Assembly (NCBI GenBank): GCA_002269645.1
Contig: NIVC01002444.1
Coordinates: 62,001 to 126,000 of the forward strand
Length of the DNA stretch: 64,000 nt
Source: Macrostomum lignano
Taxonomy: Eukaryota
Reading direction: 5' to 3'
Of the stretch, positions 35,474 to 51,282 are shown piece after piece; within the stretch, counting starts at the first letter, position 1; the number at the start of each line of letters is the position of its first letter. The position numbers and the translations under genes are program-made. Below the pieces are notes generated by a model that did not search any database, was not told the DNA's origin, and worked only from the letters and a program-made list of their open reading frames with translations.

Positions 35474-36138
35474 GCCCAGCAACTGAGGATCTGGGAGGCT
35501 AGTGGCCCAGCAACTGAGGATCCGAGAAGGTGGCCCAGCAACTGAGGATCCGAGAAGGTGACCCAGCAACTGAGGATCCGAGAAGGTGACCCAGCAACTG
35601 AGGATCCGAGAAGGTGACCCAGCAACTGAGGATCCGAGGTGACCCAGCAACTGAGGATCCGAGAAGGTGGCCCAGCAACTGAGGATCCGAGAAGGTGGCC
35701 CAGCAACTGAGGATCTGGGAGGCTGGTCCAGAAACTGAGAAACTGGGAGGCTGGCCAAACAACTGAGGATCCGAGGTGGCCCGTGGCCCAGCAACTGAGG
35801 ATCCGAGGTGGCCCGTGGCCCAGCAACTGAGGATCCGAAGTGGCCCAGCAACTGAGGATCCGAGGTGGCCCAGCAACTGAGGATCCGAGGTGGCCCAGCA
35901 ACTGAGGATCCGAGGTGGCCCAGCAACTGAGGATCCGAGGTGGCCCAGCAACTGAGGATCCGAGAAGGTAGCCCAGCAACTGAGGATCTGGGAGGCTGGC
36001 CCAGAAACTGAGGATCTGGGAGGCTGGCCCAGCAACTAAGGATCTGGGAGGCTGGCCCAGCAGCTGAGGATCTGGGAGGCTGGCCCAGCAGCTGAGGATC
36101 TGGGAGGCTGGCCCAGCAACTGAGGATCTGGGAGGCTG
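35474..36138. repeat. Variable-length minisatellite (gcccagcaactgaggat core)
   Basis: Tandem units of about 22-29 bp. Confidence 0.9.
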
Positions 36139-36744
36139 AAGATGGACAAGCAATTAAAGAAATTTTTTTATCTATTGAAGAAGGTGGCGTACCTGAGAAT
36201 GCAGATAGCCCCGGAGACAATAAGGCATACAAAAAGGTTTCACCCAATGAAACGCAGAGAAATCAGCCAGCCGTCTGCAACGCACGATTTCAATTGAATT
36301 AAACTAAGCTACTGCAAATCCAAAGAACCGTGCCGTGTCCGGCAGGAGTATTCTATAAGCAATTAAACATCTGGCCGCGCTCCCTGGCTCGCTTTAAATA
36401 TTTCAACCGCAATTGGCCTCTCTCACGTGACTTGCTTTAACAAGTGCAAATAACAAAATTCAAAGCCGAATTAGAAAAATAATTCAACAAAAAACAATCA
36501 TATTCCCTACGGTTTAATAAGGTGACGACTCCTCAAACCACATTGGCCAGCGTGTGTGCGTGCAAAACTCTTCAAATTCAAAACAAATTGCATATCTATT
36601 CTGCTTAGCTAATCATACAACAAAATTATAACAGTGCAGTAACAGTAATAGTACGAGCGTATTACTATTATTAAAATGGGGAGAGGGCACTTAAAAGTAC
36701 ATTAGCATTAAGCTGAAAACGGGTTACCTAGTGAGGAAGACTTG

Positions 36745-38238
36745 TTCAGTGAAGGACACGGGATGGTGATAGGTTCAGTGAAGGACACGGGAGGGTGACG
36801 GGTTCACTGAAGGACACGGGATGGTGACGGGTTCACTGAAGGACACGGGATGGTGACGGGTTCACTGAAGGACACGGGATGGTGACGGGTTCACTGAAGG
36901 ACACGGGATGGTGACGGGTTCACTGAAGGACACGGGATGGTGACGGGTTCACTGAAGGACACGGGATGGTGACGGGTTCACTGAAGGACACGGGAGGGTG
37001 ACGGGTTCACTGAAGGACACGGGATGGTGACGGGTTCACTGAAGGACACGGGATGGTGACGGGTTCACTGAAGGACACGGGATGGTGACGGGTTCACTGA
37101 AGGACACGGGATGGTGACGGGTTCACTGAAGGACACGGGATGGTGAAATGTTCAGTGAAGGACACGGGATGGTGACGGGTTCACTGAAGGACACGGGATG
37201 GTGACGGGTTCACTGAAGGACACGGGATGGTGACGGGTTCACTGAAGGACACGGGATGGTGACGGGTTCACTGAAGGACACGGGATGGTGACGGGTTCAC
37301 TGAAGGACACGGGAGGGTGACGGGTTCACTGAAGGACACGGGATGGTGACGGGTTCACTGAAGGACACGGGATGGTGACGGGTTCACTGAAGGACACGGG
37401 ATGGTGACGGGTTCACTGAAGGACACGGGATGGTGACGGGTTCACTGAAGGACACGGGATGGTGACGGGTTCACTGAAGGACACGGGAGGGTGACGGGTT
37501 CACTGAAGGACACGGGATGGTGACGGGTTCACTGAAGGACACGGGATGGTGACAGGCTCAGTGAAGGACACGGGATGGTGACGGGTTCAGTGAAGGACAC
37601 GGGATGGTGACGGGTTCACTGAAGGACACGGGATGGTGACGGGTTCACTGAAGGACACGGGATGGTGACGGGTTCACTGAAGGACACGGGATGGTGAAAG
37701 GTTCAGTGAAGGACACGGGATGGTGAAAGGTTCAGTGAAGGACACGGGATGGTGACAGGCTCAGTGAAGGACACGGGATGGTGACAGGTTCACTGAAGGA
37801 CACGGGATGGTGACAGGCTCAGTGAAGGACACGGGATGGTGACAGGCTCAGTGAAGACACGGGATGGTGACGGGTTCACTGAAGGACACGGGAGGGTGAT
37901 GGGTTCAGTGAAGACACGGGAGGGTGTTCAGTGAAGACACGGGATGGTGACGGGTTCAGTGAAGACACGGGATGGTGACGGGTTCACTGAAGGACACGGG
38001 AGGGTGACGGGTTCAGTGAAGACACGGGAGGGTGACGGGTTCACTGAAGGACACGGGAGGGTGACGGGTTCAGTGAAGACACGGGAGGGTGACGGGTTCA
38101 CTGAAGGACACGGGAGGGTGACAGGCTCAGTGAAGGACACGGGATGGTGACGGGTTCAGTGAAGGACACGGGATGGTGACAGGCTCAGTGAAGGACACGG
38201 GATGGTGACGGGTTCAGTGAAGGACACGGGAGGGTGAT
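36745..38238. repeat. 29-bp minisatellite (gaaggacacgggatggtgacgggttcact)
   Basis: About 51 units. Confidence 0.96.
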
Positions 38239-39057
38239 GAGCTAAAACTGAAAAAAGGGAAAATTTCCCATCAAATAAGACAGCCAACAACAGCGGTATT
38301 ACAGCAGCGCACCGACTGCTTAGAGCAGATTAGAACCATTATGCAAGAAATCAGAAGAACTCAATGGTAATTCAACAAGTAAAGTCCAGAATATTTTCGG
38401 GAGCTAATATACTATAGGCATGCACAGTGCGACACGAAACACATTGAAGAGTTTTAAGCAATAATAACATCACCCAGCCTGCATAGAGGTTCATCGTGCA
38501 AAGGATAAAACTGAAGGAAACCGAGATTATCAAGGCAGCAGCACTAACCGCAATGGAACGCCATATGTACATAAAGCGGGTAGGCAGATTTAAGGCTGAA
38601 AAATAATAATAAAAGTTTAGATCACGTTTACAACTAAACCAGAAGACAGGAATGTTGGCAATAACTAATTAATAAATCACTGATTAATATAAACCGATTA
38701 AGAAAAGCGAGAAACATTCTCAGTGCGCAGGTGTGCGTGCGTCAGACTTGCGCCATAAATCAATTGCTATGCTGTCATTCTTATGGCAACAGAGGGAGTG
38801 TATCACGGAGCTAATTAAGGAAGACTAGTAGGCTTTAGCATTAAGCATGGGAAAGAAATCGGGGCAAATTATCCACAGACATTCGCTGATAACTGTATAA
38901 GAGATTTGTTAATCTTTTTCTTGTACATCATTTTTAAAATTCAAACTGCAGTTATCTAAAAGTGTCTAATGTTTAATGGGTGTTGTTGCAAACTGTCAAT
39001 TGTTTTGTCCCGCAAAGCGGGTCTACCTGCAAGTGTCACCTAGTACTTAACAGGGTC

Positions 39058-41496
39058 AGGTAGTATCTCCAACTGTGTCAAGTGTCAGATAATATCTCCA
39101 ACTGTGTCAAGTGTCAGATAGTATCTCCAACTGTGTCAAGTGTCAGATAATATCTCCAACTGTGTCAAGTGTCAGATAGTATCTCCAACTGTGTCAAGTG
39201 TCAGATAATATCTCCAACTGTGTCAAGTGTCAGATAGTATCTCCAACTGTGTCAAGTGTCAGATAATATCTCCAACTGTGTCAAGTGTCAGATAGTATCT
39301 CCAACTGTGTCAAGTGTCAGATAGTATCTCCAACTGTGTCAAGTGTCAGATAGTATCTCCAACTGTGTCAAGTGTCAGATAGTATCTCCAACTGTGTCAA
39401 GTGTCAGATAGTATCTCCAACTGTGTCAAGTGTCAGATAGTATCTCCAACTGTGTCAAGTGTCAGATAATATCTCCAACTGTGTCAAGTGTCAGATAGTA
39501 TCTCCAACTGTGTCAAGTGTCAGATAATATCTCCAACTGTGTCAAGTGTCAGATAGTATCTCCAACTGTGTCAAGTGTCAGATAGTATCTCCAACTGTGT
39601 CAAGTGTCAGATAGTATCTCCAACTGTGTCAAGTGTCAGATAGTATCTGCAACTGTGTCAAGTGTCAGATAGTATCTCCAACTGTGTCAAGTGTCAGATA
39701 GTATCTCCAACTGTGTCAAGTGTCAGATAATATCTCCAGCTGTGTCAAGTGTCAGGTAGTATCTCCAACTGTGTCAAGTGTCAGATAATATCTCCAACTG
39801 TGTCAAGTGTCAGATAATATCTCCAACTGTGTCAAGTGTCAGATAGTATCTCCAACTGTGTCAAGTGTCAGATAATATCTCCAACTGTGTCAAGTGTCAG
39901 ATAGTATCTGCAACTGTGTCAAGTGTCAGATAGTATCTGCAACTGTGTCAAGTGTCAGATAGTATCTCCAACTGTGTCAAGTGTCAGATAGTATCTCCAA
40001 CTGTGTCAAGTGTCAGATAGTATCTCCAACTGTGTCAAGTGTCAGATAGTATCTGCAACTGTGTCAAGTGTCAGATAGTATCTCCAACTGTGTCAAGTGT
40101 CAGATAGTATCTCCAACTGTGTCAAGTGTCAGATAGTATCTGCAACTGTGTCAAGTGTCAGATAGTATCTCCAACTGTGTCAAGTGTCAGATAGTATCTG
40201 CAACTGTGTCAAGTGTCAGATAGTATCTGCAACTGTGTCAAGTGTCAGATAGTATCTCCAACTGTGTCAATTGTCAGATAGTATCTGCAACTGTGTCAAG
40301 TGTCAGATAGTATCTCCAACTGTGTCAAGTGTCAGATAGTATCTGCAACTGTGTCAAGTGTCAGATAGTATCTCCAACTGTGTCAAGTGTCAGATAGTAT
40401 CTGCAACTGAGTCAAGTGTCAGATAGTATCTCCAACTGTGTCAAGTGTCAGATAGTATCTGCAACTGAGTCAAGTGTCAGATAGTATCTCCAACTGTGTC
40501 AAGTGTCAGATAGTATCTCCAACTGTGTCAAGTGTCAGATAGTATCTCCAACTGTGTCAAGTGTCAGGCAGTATCTCCAACTGTGTCAAGTGTCAGATAG
40601 TATCTGCAACTGTGTCAAGTGTCAGATAGTATCTGCAACTGAGTCAAGTGTCAGATAGTATCTCCAACTGTGTCAAGTGTCAGATAGTATCTGCAACTGA
40701 GTCAAGTGTCAGATAGTATCTCCAACTGTGTCAAGTGTCAGATAGTATCTCCAACTGTGTCAAGTGTCAGATAGTATCTCCAACTGTGTCAAGTGTCAGA
40801 TAATATCTCCAACTGTGTCAAGTGTCAGATAATATCTCCAACTGTGTCAAGTGTCAGATAATATCTCCAACTGTGTCAAGTGTCAGATAGTATCTCCAAC
40901 TGTGTCAAGTGTCAGATAATATCTCCAACTGTGTCAAGTGTCAGATAGTATCTGCAACTGTGTCAAGTGTCAGATAGTATCTGCAACTGTGTCAAGTGTC
41001 AGATAGTATCTCCAACTGTGTCAAGTGTCAGATAGTATCTCCAACTGTGTCAAGTGTCAGATAGTATCTCCAACTGTGTCAAGTGTCAGATAGTATCTGC
41101 AACTGTGTCAAGTGTCAGATAGTATCTCCAACTGTGTCAAGTGTCAGATAGTATCTCCAACTGTGTCAAGTGTCAGATAGTATCTGCAACTGTGTCAAGT
41201 GTCAGATAGTATCTCCAACTGTGTCAAGTGTCAGATAGTATCTCCAACTGTGTCAAGTGTCAGGCAGTATCTCCAACTGTGTCAAGTGTCAGATAGTATC
41301 TGCAACTGTGTCAAGTGTCAGATAGTATCTGCAACTGAGTCAAGTGTCAGATAGTATCTCCAACTGTGTCAAGTGTCAGATAGTATCTGCAACTGAGTCA
41401 AGTGTCAGATAGTATCTCCAACTGTGTCAAGTGTCAGATAGTATCTGCAACTGTGTCAAGTGCCAGATAGTATCTGCAACTGAGTCAAGTGTCAGG
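39058..41496. repeat. 29-bp minisatellite (gtatctccaactgtgtcaagtgtcagata)
   Basis: About 84 highly homogeneous units. Confidence 0.97.
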
Positions 41497-41543
41497 CAGT
41501 ATCTCCAGAGATGCAATACAAAAATCGCATATCACTAGACTGC

Positions 41544-42772
41544 TCAAGCGTACAATTCCTTCTCAATCTTCTCCCCATTGGGCAGAGTGAGCTGCTGTTG
41601 CTGTTGACCAGCCGAGCCGTTTGCTGCCCGCTGAAGCAGCCGCTCGTTGGTGCTGGGCTCCCTGGGTTTCTCCCTGGGATCGTAGGCCTCCCGGTTGACA
41701 TTGTACTTAGTGAACTGCTCAACCTGCTCCAGGGTGATCGTGATTTTAGCTAGAGCTGTCTTGTACTGCACCAGCTCGTCCACCATCTGGCAGCGCTGGC
41801 GCAGAGTCCGCATTTCGTGGTCCTTGCGCTCCAGAAGGTCAGTGAGACGGTTTACCTGTTAAGGGGTTCAGCGATTAGCAATTTAGCACACAGGTTTAAG
41901 GTCCAATTGTGAAGCTGGTGAGGGACCAGTCCTGAAGCTGGTCAGAGACCAGTCCTGAAGCTGGTGAGGGACCAGTCCTGAAGCTAGTGAGGGACCAGTC
42001 CTGAAGCTAGTGAGGGACCAGTCCTGAAGCTAGTGAGGGACCAGTCCTGAAGCTAGTGAGGGACCAGTCCTGAAGCTAGTGAAAGACCAGTCCTGAAGCT
42101 AGTGAGGGACCAGTCCTGAAGCTAGTGAGGGACCAGTCCTGAAGCTAGTGAGAGACCAGTCCTGAAGCTAGTGAGGGACCAGTCCTGAAGCTAGTGAGGG
42201 ACCAGTCCTGAAGCTAGTGAGGGACCAGTCCTGAAGCTGGTGAGGGACCAGTACTGAAGCTGGTGAGGGACCAGTCCTGAAGCTGGTCAGAGACCAGTCC
42301 TGAAGCTGGTCAGAGACCAGTCCTGAAGCTGGTCAGAGACCAGTCCTGAAGCTGGTCAGAGACCAGTCCTGAAGCTGGTCAGAGACCAGTCCTGAAGTCG
42401 GTAAAGTACAGCTCTTGGTGTGTAAGGGGCCAGTTTCTAACTAACCTGAGTCGTAGCTTTGCTCAGCTTCTGTCCCATGGCGTCCATCTCTCGCTGATAC
42501 CTGGCCGACATCTCCGACACCATCTGATGCGCCTCGGCGTCTTTCTGTTGAGCTTGAGCCTCCATATCGGCGCAGCGAGCCTCCAGTTGAGCCACGCGCT
42601 CCATCATTGCTGAGAGGTGTTTGTTAGCCTCCTCTATGCTGGTCTTGTTGTGCGGCCCGGCTGAAGACCACATGCTGAGGCTGCTTCTGTCAGCTGGGTA
42701 CACAGCTTCTTTGAGATAGACGCTGACTGCGCTGGTGGCTGTTACAGCTAATTGCGGCTGCCGCTGAGGCAT
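41544..42772 (-). CDS. VMAC: VMAC-like coiled-coil protein (2 exons; start Met at 42772 or 42673)
   Basis: Exons 42772..42446 and 41855..41544 (CAG|gttagt ... ttaacag|GTA, phase 0). IEEANKHLSAMMERVAQLEAR matches recalled human VMAC [21 protein letters not shown] (13/21), followed by coiled coil. Confidence 0.65.
41910..42397. repeat. 23-bp minisatellite (agctagtgagggaccagtcctga) in VMAC-like intron
   Basis: About 21 units. Confidence 0.94.
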
Positions 42773-42887
42773 CGGGATAAAATTCGAAGGTGAGACATGC
42801 TAACTGCAGGAGCCAGTAGTGGATATTGCACGACTAAGGCGACGGTGTGTAGAGCATTGTAACGTTGTTTTTTGTTATCTACACTAG

Positions 42888-45048
42888 GTGGGGACACATG
42901 TCGCTCGAGATGACTCAAGGTGCCACTAGATGTCTCAAGTTTACCTAGTATCTACAGATGGGGACAAATGCCACTAGATGCCTCAAGTTTGCCTAGTATC
43001 TACAGATGGGGACACATGCCACTAGATGCCCCAAGTTTGCCTAGTATCTACAGATGGGGACACATGCCACTAGATGCCCCAAGTTTGCCTAGTATCTACA
43101 GATGGGGACACATGCCACTAGAGGTCTTAAGTTTGCCTAGTATCTACAGATGGGGACACATGCCACTAGATGTCCCAATGTTGCCTAGTATCTACAGATA
43201 TGGGAACACATGCCACTAGATGTCTCAAGTTTGCCTAGTATCTACAGATGGGGCACATGCCACTAGATGTCCCAATGTTGCCTAGTATCTACAGATGGGG
43301 ACACATGCAACTAGATGTCTTAAGGTTGCCTATTATCTACAGATGGGGACACATGCCACTAGATGCCCTAAGTTTGCCTAGTATCTACAGATGGGGACAC
43401 ATGCCACTAGATGTCTTAAGGTTGCCTAGTATTTACAGATGGGGACACATGCCACTAGATGCCCCAAGTTTGCCTAGTATCTACAGATGGGGACACATGC
43501 CACTAGATGCCTCAAGTTTGCCTAGTATCTACAGATATGGGGACACATGCCACTAGATGCCTCAAGTTTGCCTAGTATCTACAGATGGGGACACATGCCA
43601 CTAGATGTCCCAATGTTGCCTAGTATCTACAGATGGGGACACATGCCACTAGATGTCTTAAGGTTGCCTAGTATCTACAGATGGGGACACATGCCACTAG
43701 ATGCTTCAAGTTTGCCTAGTATCTACAGATGGGGACAAATGCCACTAGATGCCTCAAGTTTGCCTAGTATCTACAGATGGGGACACATGCCACTAGATGT
43801 CCCAATGTTGCCTAGTATCTACAGATGGGGACACATGCCACTAGATGTCTTAAGGTTGCCTAGTATCTACAGATGGGGACACATGCCACTAGATGCTTCA
43901 AGTTTGCCTAGTATATACAGATGGGGACACATGCCACTAGATGCCCCAAGTTTGCCTAGTATCTACAGATGGGGACACATGCCACTAGATGCCTCAAGTT
44001 TGCCTAGTATCTACAGATATGGGGACACATGCCACTAGATGCCCCAAGTTTGCCTAGTATCTACAGATGGGGACACATGCCCCTAGATGCCTCAAGTTTG
44101 CCTAGTATCTACAGATGGGGACACATGCCACTAGATGCCTCAAGTTTGCCTAGTATCTACAGATGGGGACACATGCCACTAGATGTCTTAAGGTTGCCTA
44201 GTATCTACAGATATGGGGACACATGCCACTAGATGCCTCAAGTTTGCCTAGTTTCTACAGATGGGGACACATGCCACTAGATGCCTCAAGTTTGCCTAGT
44301 TTCTACAGATGGGGACACATGCCACTAGATGTCTTAAGGTTGCCTAGTATCTACAGATATGGGGACACATGCCACTAGATGTCTCAAGGTTGCCTAGTAT
44401 CTACAGATATGGGGACACATGCCACTAGATGCCTCAAGTTTGCCTAGTATCTACAGATGGGGACACATGCCACTAGATGCCTCAAGTTTGCCTAGTTTCT
44501 ACAGATGGGGACACATGCCACTAGATGTCTTAAGGTTGCCTAGTATCTACAGATGGGGACACATGCCACTAGATGCCCCAAGTTTGCCTAGTATCTACAG
44601 ATGGGGACACATGCCACTAGATGCTTCAAGTTTGCCTAGTATCTACAGATGGGGACACATGCCACTAGATGTCTTAAGGTTGCCTAGTATCTACAGATAT
44701 GGGGACACATGCCACTAGATGCCTCAAGTTTGCCTAGTTTCTACAGATGGGGACACATGCCACTAGATGCCTCAAGTTTGCCTAGTATCTACAGATGGGG
44801 ACACATGCCACTAGATGCCCCAAGTTTGCCTAGTATCTACAGATGGGGACACATGCCACTAGATGCCTCAAGTTTGCCTAGTATCTACAGATATGGGGAC
44901 ACATGCCACTAGATGTCTCAAGGTTACCTAGTATCTACAGATATGTATGGGGACACATGCCACTAGATGTCTCAAGGTTGCCTAGTATCTACAGATGGGG
45001 ACACATGCCACTAGATGTCTCAAGGTTGCCTAGTATCTACAGATACGG
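42888..45048. repeat. 51/53-bp minisatellite (ggggacacatgccactagatgcctcaagtttgcctagtatctacagat)
   Basis: About 42 units. Confidence 0.96.
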
Positions 45049-45296
45049 GACAAATTTCAAGGTGCCGCTAGACAACATATTAGCTATTAGCTATGTTGAA
45101 ATCCAAAGGTACAGAAATGAAAAGAACGTAAGACATTCGGAGCCAATATTTTTCAATCCACGGTACTATCATTTTTGCTTTTGCTTTTTTATCGTAACGC
45201 ATCGCAAGCCGCCTTGATATTCCACGCTCTAACAGACACTCAATATTCTGCAGTCAACTTGACAGTCAAAAACCCAAAATTGTTTAATCCCCAGCC

Positions 45297-47166
45297 TTAA
45301 CGGTTGGACTTGGCGACTCGCTCCAGCTCGTCCTTCTTCTTGATGGCGTAGCTGTTGCTGGAGCCCTTCGCGGCGTTGATCAGCTCGTCCGCGAAGCACT
45401 CGGCGATGGTCTTGATGTTGCGGAAGGCGGCCTCCCTGGCGCCCGTGCACAGCAGCCAGATCGCCTGGTTCACTCGGCGAAGCGGCGACACGTCGACGGC
45501 CTGACGACGAACCGTGCCGGCCCGACCGATGCGAGTCGAGTCCTCACGGGGGCCGCTGTTGATGATGGCGCTCACCAGGATCTGGGGAGGGCGGGGGGCG
45601 GGGGGTTTGTGGAGCTGAGGGAAAGCGACAAGGCGACTCTTGGTGATAGGGTTTTAGGCGGATTAATTAGGGATTGCCTTGAGATTGGAGGGCGATTCTC
45701 AGGTGAGATTGGAGGGCGATTCTAAAGTGAGATCATAGAGCGATTCGCAGGTGAGATCGGATAGCGATTCTCAGGTGAGATTGGAGAGCGATTCTCAGGT
45801 GAGATTGGAGGGCGATTCTCAGGTGAGGTTGGAGGGAGATTTTCAGGTGAGATTGGAGAGCGATTCTCAGGTGAGATTGGAGGGCGATTCTCAGGTGAGA
45901 TCGTAGAGCGATTCGCAGGTGAGATCGGATAGCGATTCTCAGGTGAGATTGGAGAGCGATTCTCAGGTGAGATTGGAGAGCGATTCAGGTGAGATCGGAT
46001 AGCGATTTTCAGGTGAGATATGAGAGCGATTCTCAGGTGAGATTGGAGAGCGATTCTCAGGTGAGATTGGAGAGCGATTGTCAGGTGAGATTAGAGAGCG
46101 ATTCTTAGGTGAGATCGGATAGCGATTCTCAGGTGAGATTGGAGAGCGATTCTCAGGTGAGATTGGAGAGCGATTGTCAGGTGAGATTAGAGAGCGATTC
46201 TTAGGTGAGATCGGATAGCGATTCTCAGGTGAGATCGGATAGCGATTTTCAGGTGAGATCGGAGAGCGATTTTCAGGTGAGATCGGAGAGCGATTCAGGT
46301 GAGGTTGGAGGATGATTCTCAGGTGAGGTTGGAGCATCAGTCTTGAGGAACAGTCGGAAACACAGAATGATGAAAATCAATGCATTTTCTGAATTTAGCA
46401 CTAAAACCGGATGCATTATTGCAAGCTACAGTATTGAAGGTCATTAATTAAAAGCGCTCGAGAAGATTACTCGACACACCTGCTGGTAATAATTTAATAG
46501 CACGCCAGCTCACAGAAATGGAGCCTTACTTCTAAAGAGGAAGGGCTACAGGGTAATTAGGGCATGGCGTTAATAATAAGGTAGGCGTATATCACAGACG
46601 TCAAACGAGATAATGCAGGGGTAATACAATCGGTCGAATTAGTGAACGAACCAACCAATACATGATAAGCTAAGCTACCTGCTTGGATAGTAAAATGGTA
46701 CTGAAACAAATGTACTATAATTCACTGTAAAGATGATGGCTTCAGAACTATTAAAAGTACTTTAGGACTAACGTATTTGAGCATGGAGTAGTAAATGTTC
46801 TCCCAAATGATGTTCAAGCATTCGATTAAAACTGCAGTGGGAAATTCTCACCTGCACGGGGTTCTCATTGGTCAGCAGGTGGATGATCTCAAGCGTGTGC
46901 TTCATGATCATCATAGCCTTGATCTTCTTGCCGTTGTTCCGGCCGTGCATCATCAGCGAGTTGGTCACCCGTTCAACAATCGGGCACAGGGCCTTGCGGA
47001 ACCGCTTCACCTGGTACCTGCCGGCAGAGTGAGGCACATACCTGGCCGCCTTGTCCTTCACGGCAATGTAGTCAGCCAGAGCAATGTCGGACACCTGGAC
47101 ATCGTCAAGGTTCCACTTGCCGAACAGCTTGATCTGCGGCAGCTCAACCGTTGGCACTTCTTCCAT
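45297..47166 (-). CDS. RPS5: 40S ribosomal protein S5 (uS7), downstream copy, 199 aa
   Basis: Exons 47166..46852 and 45581..45297; motifs [46 protein letters not shown]. Confidence 0.97.
45690..46333. repeat. 24-bp minisatellite (ctcaggtgagattggagagcgatt) in intron of downstream RPS5
   Basis: About 26 units. Confidence 0.93.
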
Positions 47167-47520
47167 TTGTCAAGTTGACGGTTAGAACTGAAATTGTGTT
47201 TATACCCGGGTATTTAGCCTGCGATGCTGGTTGAAAACGATAGACTTGGCTAGCTAGAAAATTTTATTTTCAATTCCTACTCTGGGTCTAGCAGAAAAAG
47301 CAGCAAGAACCAAAAGAAGCACAAGACAATAACCGAATTTTCAAGCTTTATTTTCAATCCATCGTGCAACAGACGCCCAAAGACGCTGCATTTATATTTT
47401 GCCCGCTACTCAAATTTTCTTTCGCAAAACAAAAAATGAACGCTTTCAGAGCACAGAAGCAGAGCAGTTGCAGTCAAAAGGGGGCAGAAAGTTTTCGCCA
47501 AACGCCGATAACGCCAATAT

Positions 47521-49047
<1,527 letters not shown>

Positions 49048-49174
49048 GGTTATGCGTGGCTAGCACTGCATGCATTAAATAATACATATCACCTTCAAGC
49101 CAACAGTAAATCTTAAAGATATTATCGACGAGCGCTTTGTGCACTTTTAAATACTCAGTAAGGGGGGGAGGGGT

Positions 49175-49765
49175 TAAGAGGGGAAAGACTTCGTGGGGGC
49201 GGTTTTAGAGCGGAAAAGACTCCGTGGGGGGCGGTTTTAGAGGGGAAAAGACTCCATGGGGGCGGTTTTAGAGCGAAAAAGGCTCCGTGGGGGCGGTTTT
49301 AGAGCGGAAAAGACTCCGTGGGGGGCGGTTTTAGAGGGGAAAAGACTCCGTGGGGGCGGTTTTAGAGCGGAAAAGACTCCGTGGGGGCGGTTTTAGAGCG
49401 GAAAAGACTCCGTGGGGCGGTTTACAGCGGAAAAGACTCCGTGGGGGCGGTTTTAGAGCGGAAAAGACTCCGTGGGGGCGGTTTTAGAGCGGAAAAGACT
49501 CCGTGGGTGCGGTTTTAGAGCGGAAAAGACTCCGTGGGGGCGGTTTTAGAGGGGAAAAGACTCCGTGGGGCGGTTTACAGGGGAAAAGACTCCGTGGGGG
49601 CGGTTTTAGAGCGGAAAAGACTCCGTGGGGGCGGTTTTAGAGCGGAAAAGACTCCGTGGGGGCGGTTTTAGAGGGGAAAAGACTCCGTGGGGGCGGTTTA
49701 CAGGGGAAAAGACTCCGTGGGGGCGGTTTTAGACTTTTAGAGCGGAAAAGACTCCGTGGGGTGGG
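49175..49765. repeat. 31-bp G-rich minisatellite (gggggcggttttagagcggaaaagactccgt)
   Basis: About 19 units. Confidence 0.92.
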
Positions 49766-50733
49766 GGGATTTTAGAACGGGAGTTTCTGGACGGAAAGGT
49801 TTTACAGAATGGGCAAATCCTTATTCAGGATCTTTAGTCAATTGGATAATTTAAATTATAATCTTATGGCAGACAATAAAAAGGAAATAATGTATTCAGA
49901 AGCCTCTTAATGAAGTTAAGAGTCTTGAGTAATTGTTTCACATATCAATTTGAATTGGTCAGCAAATTGACAGCTGCTAAGCGAATGAACCTGAACAAAC
50001 AAATTCTATATGCTTATGTTAAGAGCGTAAAAGTGTGGACTCCTTAAATATAATCTATAACAGTCTCGATAAACAATGGATATAGCAGGATAAACGTGTC
50101 AGATTAAAAAAAAAACAAAAAATGTGAACAACAGAAAACTACAACAATGACAAAGAAAAATTGTGAGAAGCAGGTGGTTAAACAGCGTAATAGGATTAAT
50201 GGAAATAGCTTAAGTTATCAAATATTCGATAAGCTGTGTTGGATCAATTTTGTAGCAAGATCGAGGCCTTGCAACGTGCCAGGTCAGAATGAGACTGCCC
50301 CTGGATACAGACAGACAAAATTACTATAATATGCAGCATTTATTACTGTAATTAATATTATGCATCAGTGGAGGCGGTTGAGAATGAAACATTCAAGAGA
50401 TTTTCACTTCTATCATGGCAAAATAGTCTAATCAAAACACATTAAGTTACTTTGTGCGAATGAACTTGCTACTCACACTAGCTACGCTTAAGTAGTATTG
50501 ATAGCGTATTCTTCTTAAAATCTACACAAAAAATTAAAAACGAAAAAGAGTAACAACAATCATTAGAAAACGAATGGATTAACAAACAGGACAACAATGC
50601 TTGCAATTTGCAACATTACTTTATAGCAGAGACTATCTGGCATAACTAATAAAACGCCTCACTACTTAATATATAGGTAACATTGATGGGCAACGCCAGT
50701 CAGTCAGTAGACACTAGCAGTTATTTTTGTATA

Positions 50734-51145
50734 AAATCGGCCTTCAAAACTCATTTTAATGAATATTTTTTTCCTAAAACGAACACCTACCCCCAGTCAC
50801 AGATACTAAAATAACTAGATAGGCCACTCAGCTTTCTACTTTCAGTTCAGTAGCAAAGAAGAATACATAAGCTATTTTATAAAAATAAAGGCAGCTGAAA
50901 TGACTTTGATAAGTTTAGAAGCCCAAGCTTGCAGGCAGGGGCAGGGGTGTGGAAGGCGCGATTGGAGGGTTTAAGCTGGGGGGGGGTAAGAGACAATAAA
51001 AGAGCTTTGGCTTTGAAAATACATTAAAATGCTTCGGTTTAACTTGCTACTGAACTGAAAGTAGATTAAACGCAAATTGGCAAGGGGCCCATCTAGTTAT
51101 TTTAGTATCTGTGCCCCCAGCCAATGAAATTTTGAAGGCCGATTT
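50734..51145. mobile_element. Degenerate foldback/MITE-like element
   Basis: Nested inverted blocks: aaatcggccttcaaaa/ttttgaaggccgattt, cacagatactaaaataactagat/atctagttattttagtatctgtg, tctactttcagttcagtagcaa/ttgctactgaactgaaagtaga. Confidence 0.55.
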
Positions 51146-51282
51146 CAACTAATGTTTGCAATCTTCTGGATAGACTAATCACGAGATTTTACGCTTGTCA
51201 GATTCCCGACAAAAGCTACGAGGAACATTATTTGAATGAGGTCAGTAAATAGTCATCTAGACACACATTAATATTAGCCTTC

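Noticed and set aside
36745-41496. Regular 29-bp arrays resembling CRISPR
   Set aside because: Head-to-tail repeats with no unique spacers, no cas genes and a eukaryotic context.
42920-45217. MPLDASSLPSIYRWGH repeat ORFs
   Set aside because: 51-bp minisatellite with frame-shifting 53-bp variants; not a coherent CDS.
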